Positions 1 through 10,088 of a stretch of 64,000 nt of DNA are shown here, one piece after another. The DNA lies in NCBI GenBank assembly GCA_900550035.1, contig URQS01000002.1, forward strand, positions 17,150-81,149. The letters run 5' to 3'. The DNA is from an uncultured Prevotella sp. (GTDB lineage: Bacteria; Bacteroidota; Bacteroidia; Bacteroidales; Bacteroidaceae). A model generated the notes under the pieces. It worked only from the letters and a program-made list of their open reading frames with translations. It searched no databases and was not told where the DNA came from. Both the position numbers and the translations under genes were made by a program. Position 1 is the stretch's first letter, and each line of letters starts with the position of its first letter.

Positions 1-288
1 TATGTCCTCACGACGTGTGAGCGCAGTAAGTATGCGCCACGTCATAAGATATATAGCCGTGAGCAAGCCTGACATTACAGCCGCGCCAAGTAGCGGATAA
101 TAGAAAAACTGCACGACAAATGCCTTAAGCCATGAGGTAAGTGTCTGGCTATGGTAATAGTCGGCTGTATAGAGAAACAGCTGATGCTGCTCGTTGTAGT
201 ACAATACATGCGACAGCAAATCGGTGTATGACGCAAAGAATACGCCAAACAGCACAAGGGCTAACAAATAGTGAAGAGACTTTCTCAT
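1..288 (-). CDS. DUF6057-like membrane protein, 5' part (runs off window start)
   Basis: Manual translation from ATG at 288: MRKSLHYLLALVLFGVFFASYTDLLSHVLYYNEQHQLFLYTADYY...FVVQFFYYPLLGAAV..., open to base 1; the EQxQLFL and QFFYYP motifs recall DUF6057. Not in the ORF track. Confidence 0.65.
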   Translation of the reverse strand, partial: MRKSLHYLLALVLFGVFFASYTDLLSHVLYYNEQHQLFLYTADYYHSQTLTSWLKAFVVQFFYYPLLGAAVMSGLLTAIYLMTWRILTALTRREDI

Positions 289-321
289 TTACTGATTTTT
301 TTAGTTAGCTATAACTAATAC

Positions 322-373
322 AAAAAGGAGTGTGCCATAAAAGGACTCATACTCATCCTTATTGACACACTCC
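322..373 (-). terminator. Intrinsic terminator-like hairpin after susD
   Basis: Imperfect inverted repeat GGAGTGTG...CACACTCC followed by a U-tract on the minus strand. Confidence 0.6.
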
Positions 374-400
374 AATTTATTATTTACGTTTTATGTTTTC

Positions 401-2071
401 TTAGTTCTTGCCATAACCCGGATTCTGCTTGAGATTCGGGTTAAGGTCCATCTCTTCCTGCGGAATCGGATAGATGTAGTTGTGGTCAGAATACTTGCTG
501 CCCGGAAGATCAACATGCTCTGTACCTACGTAAGGAGTGAAGTTCTCGCCATTGAGAGTCCAAACCATACTGTGATACTTGCGGTTGAGCACTTCCTTAG
601 CGTCTCCCCAACGACGGAGGTTCCACTTACGTATGTCGCCCTCAAGCGCAAACTCTACACGCCACTCATTCTTGATACGCTTCAAGAGGTCGGCCTGTGT
701 TGCGCAATATGTAGGCTTGCTTGCATCGGTCTTCTGCAATGCTGGCATACCTACACGTGCACGTACCTTATTTACTGCATCGAAAGCCTCCTGGCAAAGC
801 GGATTAATGTTATTCATTGCCTCAGCATAGGTGAGCAGAACCTCAGCATAACGGATAAGCACATAGTCCTTGCCCATGTCCCAACCCTGCGATTGAGGAT
901 TGATAGACGGGTCGAGCCACTTCTGCTGATAGTAGCCAGTCTCAGTAGCATCGCCATGACGACCTATACCAGTGGTGCCACTGCTTGCAAGAGGAGCAAC
1001 CTTGATTGTAACACCATACATTACCTCACCGTCGTGCAGAACGTTAACCTCAAGACGCGGGTCGCGATTGGCAAACGGATTGGCTGGGTCAAAAATCTGA
1101 GAGAGCTGTCTTGCTGTCGGGTTGCCGTTATTATCACGTGCCACTACGCCAGCAGCACTTGACTCATATATCGGGCTACCGTCCTTATCCTCGAAAGCAT
1201 CGACAAGATCCTGAGTCGGGTCCATACCGCCCCATCCGAGTGTCGGGAATGCTTCCCAACCAATAAGGTAGTTGGAACGCTCAGGTGCCTTATACTGGAT
1301 GACAAGTATGTTCTCGCAGCAACCGTCGGTCTCCTCCCAGAACAGATTGGCATACTTGCCTGTGTTGTCCTTGTCCCAAAGGTCATATACGCCAGCATCC
1401 ATGATTGCCTTAGCCTCCTTGGCAGCAGTCTGGTTGTCGCCATAATACATGGCAGCACGCATCTTCATGGCACGGGCAGCACCCTTGGTGATACGGCCAT
1501 AGTTGGCTGCATCCCACTGCTCAGGAAGAGAAGCGATAGCCTTATCAAGGTCTGCCATTGCCTTGGCGTAAACATCCTCGCGTGAAGACTGTTCTGTATT
1601 GTTCAGGTCAGCCAATGTCAGAGGCTTGTCAATATAAGGTACTGAGCCGAAACTACGGATAAGGTCCCAATACAGATAGCCACGGAAGAAGTAAGCCTGA
1701 CCTTCCAACTTCTGACGGGTAGCATCGTCCATTGATACGGAAGGCAGCTTCTCAAGTGCGAGGTTTGCCTCACGGATGTATGTGTAGCTACTCTTCCAAT
1801 GATAGTCAGAGGGGTCGTAAACGCCCTTCGACTCGTTGCCGGCAGCCCACTTGATACCCATTGTTGCGTCGTCGGTATTGATTGCATCATCGGCTGACCA
1901 GCCAAGACTGTTGTACATATCGCTGACGTACATCTCGGCATCAGTGCTTGATTTCCAGAAGCTGGCGTCAGAAAGTTCCTCCTTCGGAGCCTTGTCAAGA
2001 AAATCACTACAAGATGTGAGTGCAGCAACTCCAGCGAACGCTAATGCTATATTTAATATATTATTTTTCAT
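401..2071 (-). CDS. susD: RagB/SusD family glycan-binding lipoprotein
   Basis: Lipobox LTSCSDFLD, motifs GQAYFFRG, FGSVP, GRITKGAA, RYAEVLL, C-terminal PIPQEEMDLNPNLKQNPGY; follows susC. Confidence 0.95.
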   Translation of the reverse strand: MKNNILNIALAFAGVAALTSCSDFLDKAPKEELSDASFWKSSTDAEMYVSDMYNSLGWSADDAINTDDATMGIKWAAGNESKGVYDPSDYHWKSSYTYIREANLALEKLPSVSMDDATRQKLEGQAYFFRGYLYWDLIRSFGSVPYIDKPLTLADLNNTEQSSREDVYAKAMADLDKAIASLPEQWDAANYGRITKGAARAMKMRAAMYYGDNQTAAKEAKAIMDAGVYDLWDKDNTGKYANLFWEETDGCCENILVIQYKAPERSNYLIGWEAFPTLGWGGMDPTQDLVDAFEDKDGSPIYESSAAGVVARDNNGNPTARQLSQIFDPANPFANRDPRLEVNVLHDGEVMYGVTIKVAPLASSGTTGIGRHGDATETGYYQQKWLDPSINPQSQGWDMGKDYVLIRYAEVLLTYAEAMNNINPLCQEAFDAVNKVRARVGMPALQKTDASKPTYCATQADLLKRIKNEWRVEFALEGDIRKWNLRRWGDAKEVLNRKYHSMVWTLNGENFTPYVGTEHVDLPGSKYSDHNYIYPIPQEEMDLNPNLKQNPGYGKN

Positions 2072-2086
2072 TTGTTCTGAGTTGTT

Positions 2087-5000
2087 TTAGAATGTAAGTT
2101 TAAGACCGCAAGAAATCTTTCTGACGTTGCTGTACGACCAGCCACGGCTGTTGCCAGCCTCTGGGTCAAGACCCTTGTCAAGGCCTGAGATAGTGAAGAG
2201 GTTCTCGCCTGCGAGGTACACCTGGGCAAACGACAGACCTATACGGCTGATAAGGTCAGAAGGCAGAGTGTAAGCCAATGTGAGGTTCTTCATGCGAACA
2301 TACGAAGCGTCCTGCAGCCAGAATGTAGACATCTGGTTGTTGGTCTGCGACGAAAGCGACAGACGCGGGAAGCTGCCGTTAGGATTCTCCTCGCTCCAAC
2401 GGTCCCAATGCTTGTTAAGACATGATGCACTGTTGAAGAATGCGTATGACGACTCACCATTATAGTAGCGCTTAGTGTCGAATGCGCCCTGCAGAAGACC
2501 GCTCAACTCGAAGTTCTTGTAACCTACGCTGAAGTTGAAACCACCAGTCCACTTAGGCATTTTATTACCAATAATCTTTCTGTCGGCAGCTGTAATCTTG
2601 CCGTCGTCATCAAGGTCCTTATAGCGGATATCACCAAGTTTCTCATTACCAGTACGCAGCGGACCTTTCTTGAGTTCTTCTTCCGAACGGAACAACCCAT
2701 CAGCCACATAGCCATACCATGAACTTACGCCATAACCCTCAATATTCCACTGTGTATTATCTATGTTACCATAACCATCATCAATAGGACCATCAGTACC
2801 AGCCATATCGATAATCTCATTCTTGTTGTAGCCCATGTTTAGCGAGAGGTTGTAGCTCCAGTCCTTACCGATACGGTTGTTGTGACCAAGCACAAGCTCA
2901 AAACCACGGTTCTCTACGCTACCTACGTTCTGTGCAGGAGCATCCAAACCGATAACACCCTGAAGCGGCAAGTAGAGCAGCATGTCGTTGGTCTTCTTCT
3001 TGTATACCGAAAGCTCCATTGTCAACTTGTTGTTGAAGAAGCCGGCGTCGACGCCAAGCTCGTAGTTGGTTACGGTAGCCCACTTCAGCTGGTCGTTGAC
3101 AAGGCGGCTCTCATAAGCTGTAGAATACAGTGAGTTGCCGAACATGTATGAACCGTAAGCATAGGTAGGAACTGCAGGATAGAGGTCATCAGGCTTCAAC
3201 TCCTCGTTACCGGTCTTACCCCAACCCAGACGAAGCTTAAGGTTGCTCAACCAGTCAATGTTCTTCATGAAAGCCTCCTCAGAGATACGCCAGCCTGCTG
3301 ATAATGCAGGGAATGTACCCCAACGTGAGTTCTTAGGGAAGCGTGAAGAAGCGTCGCGACGTACGTTAGCCTCAAAGAGATACTTGCCGGCATAGTTGTA
3401 CTGCAGACGTCCGAAGTAAGAGAGACGTGTCATCTCTGTACCACCGTTTTTATTCTTCTGTGAAGAAGCGTCGAGAGTGTTGAGCGACGAGTCGAGGTTG
3501 TTGTTGCCACCACCCTTACGGTCGGCAGTCACATAACGGTACTTGACGTCGTACGACTCCATACCTGCGAGTACGCCAAGGTTGTGGTCGCCAAACGACT
3601 TGTTGTAGTTAACGAGAATCTGGCCTGTGAGGTAGTCGTAGTTGTAGTTTCTGACATAACCCTCACGCTGACCTGAGTTGTATGTGCCGTAGCCCCATGT
3701 CTTCTTGAAGCCAAGCTGGTCCTGAGTCCAGTTGCGCCATGAGTATACACCCTTGATGCTGAGGTCCTTGATAGGCTTGATTTCAGCCGAACCGATGAGG
3801 AATACCTCCTGGTTGATGGTCTTCTTCCAGCCTGTCTTGTCTCTGCCCTGAACTGCTACAGGGTTGTCAACACCAACGTACTTGAAGTTGCCGTCCTCGT
3901 CATAAACAGGATCTGTAGGATGCGAACGTGAGATACCCTGAATCACCTGGGTATAACCAGCCCATGCATCCTGCTGTGTGCCACGATAGCCCGAAGCATT
4001 GAGTCCGAGAGTGATGTATTTGTTGATTTGCGATGTAATGTTCATGCGGGCGTTGATACGGTTGTAGTCAATGTCCTTTGTCACACCTTCCTGGCCGAGG
4101 TAGCCAAGATACATATTGTATGTAGTCTTGTCGTTACCGCCGCTGAGCGAGAGGTTGTGCTGGTGCTCGAAACCGCTACCGGTAAGAGCCTCTTTATACC
4201 AGTCGGTGCTTGCGAGCTGACCAGTGCGATACTTCTCTACCGTCTCGTCAGAGAAAGGCTTCTTTGCACCCGGGTGGTCGTTAAGATAAGCCTCGTTGTA
4301 GAGGTAAGCATAGCCGTAAGCGTCAACGAGGTCGAGTTTAGCGAGAAGTGACGACCATGAGAATGTAGCGTTGTAAGAAACTGTGGTCTTGCCGGTCTTA
4401 CCCTTCTTTGTAGTGATAAGGATAACGCCGTTGGCAGCCTGCACACCATAGATGGCAGCCGAAGCGGCATCCTTCAATACTGTTACCGACTCTATTTCGG
4501 CAGGGTTGATAACGTTCATCGAACCCGGCACACCATCCACGATAACGAGTGGAGAGGCTGCATTAATCGAGTTCTTACCACGTACTGTGATAGAAGCGTT
4601 CTGGCTACCAGGAGCACCCGAAGTCTGCACAGCTGTCACACCAGCCATCTCACCAGCAAGAGCTGACGAAAGGCTCGATACAGGACGTGTGGCAAGCTTC
4701 TCGGCATTCATAGAAGCTACGGCACCAGTAAGGTTCTCCTTCTTCTGTACACCGTAACCTACTACTACAAGCTCGTCGAGAGTCTGTGAGTCATCCTTAA
4801 GAACTATGGCAACATTTGCCTTTGCCTTGACAATCTGCTTGAGATAGCCAATTGAACTAATCTCAAGCTCTGCACCGGCAGGTGCATCAAGTGTAAATTT
4901 ACCGTCAATATCGGTAACTGTTCCGCCAGTAGAGCCTTTCACCTTTACTGACGCGCCGATAATCGGTTCGCCGTTAGCGTCCTTCACAGTACCCTTGACG

Positions 5001-5148
5001 GTTTGTTTCTGTTGATTGTTTGTTAGTAGAGCAACGTTTTCATGTACGTTTGTGATTTGAGAGGCAAACAGCGGTTTTACCCCCCCGCCAGCAAAACGGA
5101 CAGCATGAGAATCCGTGCGTTGTTAAAATAGGAGTTTTGCATAAACAT
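2087..5148 (-). CDS. susC: SusC/RagA TonB-dependent transporter, frameshifted at a G7 tract in the signal-peptide region (main ORF 2087-4987)
   Basis: Motifs VVVGYGVQKK, LKDAASAAIYG, ANGVILITTKKG and terminal Phe. The likely start ATG at 5148 (MFMQNSYFNNARILMLSVLLAGG) hits TAA at 5079-5077; one extra G joins it to the main frame. Confidence 0.9.
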
Positions 5149-5269
5149 GCTTTGTTTTTGGGTTCCTAACAATTATTGTTTGTATAGGCAGACATAGGAA
5201 CCTTTGTCAGCCTTTTGGTTAATTATTTCTAAAGTCGTTATAGAATTGGGTTGTCTTAAGATTGTGCTG

Positions 5270-5277
5270 CAAAGATA
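5270..5277 (-). promoter_or_regulatory. Bacteroidota -7 promoter box for susC
   Basis: TATCTTTG on the minus strand matches TAnnTTTG. Confidence 0.55.
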
Positions 5278-5547
5278 AACATAAATTACATAACTAAAGC
5301 TAATATTTTTAGGATTTTTTTAACTGGCTGCATTTTTAACAATTGGCGGAATAACATCAGATAAAAAAGTAATATAATACTACTTGACCAAATATCATAT
5401 ATTAAAGTGGCATTTAATATAACAATAAATGGCAAAGTAATATATAATAGAATCCCGATCGCCATGTACCATCTTTGTCTACTCGTTGTACGTATCCCCT
5501 AGTGGTCAATTGCTTCACATACTCATACTGTTATTTTTGCAAGTTTT

Positions 5548-5591
5548 CGCTCTAAAAGGTATATACCGTCTACCTTTTAGAGCGTTTTTTT
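5548..5591 (+). terminator. Hairpin with a plus-strand U-tract
   Basis: Perfect 14-bp inverted repeat CGCTCTAAAAGGTA/TACCTTTTAGAGCG followed by a T run. Confidence 0.7.
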
Positions 5592-5677
5592 ACATTCTAT
5601 TAATGCAATGATACAATCTAATTTCGATAATCCTTCAAGAACCTGATAAATTTAAAGGTACCATTATTAATCTTATA

Positions 5678-5896
5678 TCACAACTCCGCTTTTAGTTCGT
5701 TGTACAAGTCTACCGGTCCCAAATGCCAATACATTGTGCTTGCGGTAGACAGCTTTTTATATAGCTGCGAATGATAGACGCGTTTTACTGCATCTGCAAT
5801 ACTTATGCCTTTGTCTTCCGAGAGCCATGCAGCAAGCCATCCTATTTTAAGAGGCAACAGCAAATAAAGGTTCTCTTGTGTTATCTTTACACTCAT
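5678..5896 (-). CDS. Small helical protein, DUF3791-like
   Basis: 72 aa; start overlaps the upstream stop (ATGA); SQLYKKL...YWHLGPVDLY pattern typical of DUF3990 neighbours. Confidence 0.65.
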   Translation of the reverse strand: MSVKITQENLYLLLPLKIGWLAAWLSEDKGISIADAVKRVYHSQLYKKLSTASTMYWHLGPVDLYNELKAEL

Positions 5897-6381
5897 AGTT
5901 TTATTTCTTTTGATTCAACAAATTTTATGGCAAGTAGCGATTCCTCCGTATGGAAAAGATACTGGTCAACCAGTTTGTAGGTTTTTAGCTCTTGAATAAG
6001 AGTCGGCAGACTGATAACGCCTCCTTCATAAAGCGTAAACTGCGTATATACACTATCATCTGCTACTGGACCATAAACAACGTCATAATCATGAACGAAG
6101 CCTCTCTCCGTACGGTTCTTCATCACGAAATTCACCCATTCTTCGGTTGGTTTTTCGAAAATGAGTGATTTCATACGCTTAACAAAATCTTCATCCAATT
6201 CATAGACATTCACATAGCCGACATTCACTCCTTTGTCTTTCATTCTACGCTCTACCAACCTCTTTGCCTGTTCATAAGAAGTTGTCGTGTAAAAGCCCGA
6301 ACCATAGTCGAGAGAGCGATTGGGTTCGCGTATTTCAGGATTCTTGACCTCTTCTATGCTGCCATGATATACCTTGCTCAT
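5893..6381 (-). CDS. DUF3990 family protein (ADP-ribosyltransferase-like motifs)
   Basis: YHGS, DYGSGFYTT, YDVVYGPVADD and QYLFHT motifs. Confidence 0.85.
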   Translation of the reverse strand: MSKVYHGSIEEVKNPEIREPNRSLDYGSGFYTTTSYEQAKRLVERRMKDKGVNVGYVNVYELDEDFVKRMKSLIFEKPTEEWVNFVMKNRTERGFVHDYDVVYGPVADDSVYTQFTLYEGGVISLPTLIQELKTYKLVDQYLFHTEESLLAIKFVESKEIKL

Positions 6382-6593
6382 TTCTTTCTTTCGTTTATCA
6401 TTTTATCTATTTCTTCAACCAGCCATTGGTGACCATGTGTATGAAGCACATCAAAAAAATCACAGAAATGTTCAGCGATTCCATATTGCTCATACAGACT
6501 AATCACATCCTCTGTAGTCATATTCTTTGCCTTGGCATATTGTTCTATACAGAAGGATACGAACATGGCTCTGTCTTGTCTTTCGTTTCTCAT
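6378..6593 (-). CDS. DUF3791 family protein
   Basis: FVSFCIEQYA and FDVLHTHG motifs; stop overlaps the DUF3990 start. Confidence 0.8.
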   Translation of the reverse strand: MRNERQDRAMFVSFCIEQYAKAKNMTTEDVISLYEQYGIAEHFCDFFDVLHTHGHQWLVEEIDKMINERKK

Positions 6594-6745
6594 TGTTACT
6601 CTCCTTTCTTTTACTCTGTAACACTCACTTTGGTAGCGTTTGATTCTATCCAGTAGAATATTATGGCTACAAAAATATGAAAAAACAATTCATTCTTAGC
6701 ATAAATCACAAGAAATCTATCGCCTTGCTACTCGTCAGACTGAAG

Positions 6746-8176
6746 TCAGCTCTTCCTTGGCAGCCAACCGCTCATCCACAATCCAGCAAACGTCAGCATG
6801 CCGTTGAGCATAAGCAGTTCGTAGCCGAACTTATATCCCCACAGGCTCTGAGCTGCCGTATCAATGGCGAAGCAGAGCAATGGCGAGGCTACGGCTATGT
6901 AGGGCACGAGACAATCGGCTACGGGACGACGTGTCGTCAAGCCGAAGGCGAACAGACCAAGCAACGGACCGTAGGTGTACGAGCACATTACGTAGATGGC
7001 ATCTATCACGCTGGTGGAATTGAGCATTCGGAACATCAGGATGAACGCCACAAACACTACGGCAACGCCTATATGTGCACGTCGGCGCAGACGCTCGTCG
7101 GCAGGTCGCTGGCGTATGTCGACACAATAGCTTGTGGTGAGTGCCGTAAGAGCAGAGTCGGCACTTGAGAACGAAGCCGCCACAACACCGATGGTGAAGA
7201 GCACCGTAACTATGCTGCCCAACCTGCCCGTAGCTGCAAACATAGGCAACAGCTCGTCGCCACTTGTCGGCATGGCTATGCCGTCGCGTTGTGCCAGCAT
7301 CATGAGCAGTACGCCGAGCGACATAAACAGTAGGTTGGCAGGTACAAAGGCGAATCCGTAGGTACACACATCCTTCTGAGCCTCGCGTAGCGTGCGACAC
7401 GTGAGATTCTTCTGCATCATGTCCTGGTCGAGTCCGGTCATAACGATGGCTATGAAGGCACCGCTGAACAACTGCTTCCAGAAGTTCTGCGTCGAGAAGA
7501 AGTCGTCCATTACAAACATACGGCTGTGGCTGTCGGCTGCTATGGCACGCACCGCCTCGGGGATGCTCATACTCAACTGTCCCACCACATTATATATAAT
7601 AAGTATAAGGGCTGCAAACATACACGTGGTCTGGAACGAGTCGGTCCATACCAACGTCTTTATGCCACCACGACGAGTATACAGCCATATCAGCAACGTC
7701 ATGCCAACCACCGTAACGACGAAGGGTACGCCTACAGCATCGAGCACAAAACGTTGCAGAATGATGCACACCACATAGAAGCGTACAGCAGCACCCGTCA
7801 TCTTCGAAATAAGGAAGAACCACGCTCCCGTCTTGTACGAACGCTCTCCAAAGCGCCCCTGCAGATAGGTGTAGATTGTGGTGAGATTAAGTCGGTAATA
7901 AACCGGCAACAACACAAAGGCTATGACAAAATATCCCAGAATGAATCCTATGCACGTCTGGATGTAGGTCATGTCGATGCGCATGGTCATACCGGGCACG
8001 CTGACGAACGTTATGCCCGAGATTGACGCGCCCACCATGCCGAACGCCACCATATACCACGGCGAACGGCGGTTGGCCCGAAAGAAAGTTTCGTTGTTGG
8101 CATTACGATGTGCCGTGAGTCTGCTGAACCCCATGAGAGCAGCAAAATACAGAATTACTGTTAAGAGTATAAGCAT
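6746..8176 (-). CDS. Sodium:solute symporter family protein
   Basis: Many TM helices; ASISGITFVSVPG, GGIKTLVWTDSFQ, GLDQDMMQKNL motifs. Confidence 0.9.
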   Translation of the reverse strand: MLILLTVILYFAALMGFSRLTAHRNANNETFFRANRRSPWYMVAFGMVGASISGITFVSVPGMTMRIDMTYIQTCIGFILGYFVIAFVLLPVYYRLNLTTIYTYLQGRFGERSYKTGAWFFLISKMTGAAVRFYVVCIILQRFVLDAVGVPFVVTVVGMTLLIWLYTRRGGIKTLVWTDSFQTTCMFAALILIIYNVVGQLSMSIPEAVRAIAADSHSRMFVMDDFFSTQNFWKQLFSGAFIAIVMTGLDQDMMQKNLTCRTLREAQKDVCTYGFAFVPANLLFMSLGVLLMMLAQRDGIAMPTSGDELLPMFAATGRLGSIVTVLFTIGVVAASFSSADSALTALTTSYCVDIRQRPADERLRRRAHIGVAVVFVAFILMFRMLNSTSVIDAIYVMCSYTYGPLLGLFAFGLTTRRPVADCLVPYIAVASPLLCFAIDTAAQSLWGYKFGYELLMLNGMLTFAGLWMSGWLPRKS

Positions 8177-8179
8177 TAT

Positions 8180-8381
8180 TTAAATCATTGAACTTTCGCA
8201 AGTTCAGAAGTTAATGGAATTAAAGAAGTAACCACTCCCTTTGGTCGTTCAAGAAGTTAACGGACAATAGCTTTATTGCTTAAACAACAGGACATTTGTC
8301 CATTAACTTCACGAGCGAAGCGAGTTATCTTCCTATAACTTCCTATAACTACTTTCGCTTGCGAAACTTAATTAAATCATT
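8180..8381. mobile_element. MITE-like element with flanking direct repeats
   Basis: TTAAATCATT at 8180-8189 and 8372-8381; terminal IR TTTCGCAAG (8194-8202)/CTTGCGAAA (8358-8366); internal imperfect IR GAAGTTAACGGACA/TGTCCATTAACTTC. Confidence 0.5.
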
Positions 8382-8462
8382 AATCGCGTGCAAAATTACT
8401 GTTTTATATTTATTTGAGCTAACTTTGCAGTATAATAGTGACAGATTTTTAAGACACATGCA

Positions 8463-9977
8463 ATGCATATGAAACAATTAACGAATAAATTTGTGAAGAC
8501 CAAATGGATAGCTATTATGAGCCTAAGAGTCTTCATCGGACTGTTTTTGTTTACCGCACTTGTCAGCGGACGCCCCAATGACAAGGCTGTGATGCTGCGC
8601 GGCACCGTCGTCGACCAAGACGGTGTCGGAATAGAGGGCGTAGTGGTCAACAACGGACGCGAGTTCTGCCGCACCGACCGACGCGGCACATGGCAGCTGC
8701 CCACCGACACTACGGTGAGCAAGTTTGTGGCAATATCCACTCCGCGCGAATTTGTGCTGCCGCAGCGCAACGGACTGGCTGCGGGCTACTACATTCCCAT
8801 AAGCGAGGCTATAGCCAACCGCACTGCCAACAAATTCACTCTGGAGCGACGCGACTCCATATCCAACCGCTTCCACTACATCGTAGTGAGCGACCCGCAG
8901 ATACTCAACGCCCACGACATGAAGCGATGGCGCAACGAGACGGTTGACGACATAATGCACACAGCAGGCAAGTTGCGCAAGACGGGCGATGTAATTGGTA
9001 TGTCGCTTGGCGACGTGGTGTTCGACAACATGTCGCTTTATCCGCAGTATGTCAACTCCATCAAAAGCCGACGCATGACCTTCTTCCAGTGTATCGGCAA
9101 CCACGACTTCGACAAACGATATGCCGATCTGCACAACTCCGAACCAGGCGTGGAGGAATATGCCGAAAAGATGTTCGGCAAGTATTTCGGACCCGTCAAC
9201 TACTCATTCAACATCGGACGTTGCCACATCATCACGATGAAGAACATCGACTATCGTGGCGGATGCAAGTATGAGGAGCAGTTTACCGATGCCGAACTGC
9301 AATGGCTCGAACGCGACCTTAGCTATGTGCCGAAGGACATGGTCGTGATTCTGAACATGCACGCACCGGGATGGAACAAGATGGAGACAATAGATAACAT
9401 TCTGAATGCCGACCGCTTGGCAGAAATTCTTGCACCGTACGAGGCGCACGTCTTTGCCGGACACACCCACTTCTTCGAGAATGTGGAGGTGACACCCCGA
9501 CTCTATCAGCACAACATTGCAGCAGCTTGCGGAGCTTGGTGGACAAGTACGCTCAACCGCGACGGCGCTCCCAACGGATATATGGTGGTGAACGTGGACA
9601 GTACCGACCTGAAATGGTCGTATCGTGCCGTAGGCTACAAGCAGAACATACAGATGCGTGTGTACAAGCCGGGCGAATTCGCCTCACAGCGCGACTACGT
9701 GGTGGCTAACGTATGGGACTGGGATCCGCATTGCCGCGTGGTATGGTATGAAGACGGCAAGTACAAGGGACAGATGCAACGGTTCACATCGTACGACGAC
9801 GCCTTCCTCAAGACAAAGCCGCGCAAGCATCAATTGGCACTGACGCAGCACCTCTTCCGCGCACGCCCCACATCAAAGAAGTACCGCCGCATAAAGGTGA
9901 TATTCATCAACCGCTTCGGTGACACATTCTCCTACTCCATCGAAAACCTCAACAACCGACCGTTCCTGCTGGAATAG
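8463..9977 (+). CDS. Secreted calcineurin-like metallophosphoesterase
   Basis: SDPQ, LGDVVFD, IGNHD, GHTH motifs; N-terminal signal-like segment (the start could be the later Met of MSLRVF). Confidence 0.9.
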   Translation: MHMKQLTNKFVKTKWIAIMSLRVFIGLFLFTALVSGRPNDKAVMLRGTVVDQDGVGIEGVVVNNGREFCRTDRRGTWQLPTDTTVSKFVAISTPREFVLPQRNGLAAGYYIPISEAIANRTANKFTLERRDSISNRFHYIVVSDPQILNAHDMKRWRNETVDDIMHTAGKLRKTGDVIGMSLGDVVFDNMSLYPQYVNSIKSRRMTFFQCIGNHDFDKRYADLHNSEPGVEEYAEKMFGKYFGPVNYSFNIGRCHIITMKNIDYRGGCKYEEQFTDAELQWLERDLSYVPKDMVVILNMHAPGWNKMETIDNILNADRLAEILAPYEAHVFAGHTHFFENVEVTPRLYQHNIAAACGAWWTSTLNRDGAPNGYMVVNVDSTDLKWSYRAVGYKQNIQMRVYKPGEFASQRDYVVANVWDWDPHCRVVWYEDGKYKGQMQRFTSYDDAFLKTKPRKHQLALTQHLFRARPTSKKYRRIKVIFINRFGDTFSYSIENLNNRPFLLE

Positions 9978-10013
9978 TTGAGAGTTGAAAATTGAGAGTT
10001 GAGAGTTATGATT
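9975..10013 (+). repeat. Heptamer-based 39-bp repeat, copy A, starting at the stop codon
   Basis: TAGTTGAGAGTTGAAAATTGAGAGTTGAGAGTTATGATT; 37/39 identical to the reverse complement of 12307-12345. Confidence 0.85.
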
Positions 10014-10088
10014 TGAGATTTTATTTGTAACTTTGCAATCTCCTTAAGCTACGAAGCATAAGATAATTTACTAAAAACTATAATATTT

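Noticed and set aside
362..1162. 266-aa plus-strand ORF and the many similar overlapping ORFs (e.g. 27200-28087, 42833-43681, 63379-63969)
   Set aside because: They are antisense or alternative-frame shadows of well-supported genes with no recognisable motifs.
5161..5202. Invertible promoter upstream of susC (GGTTCCTA/TAGGAACC)
   Set aside because: The arms are only 8 bp with a short spacer, the promoter box lies outside them, and no recombinase is nearby; a UTR hairpin is more likely.
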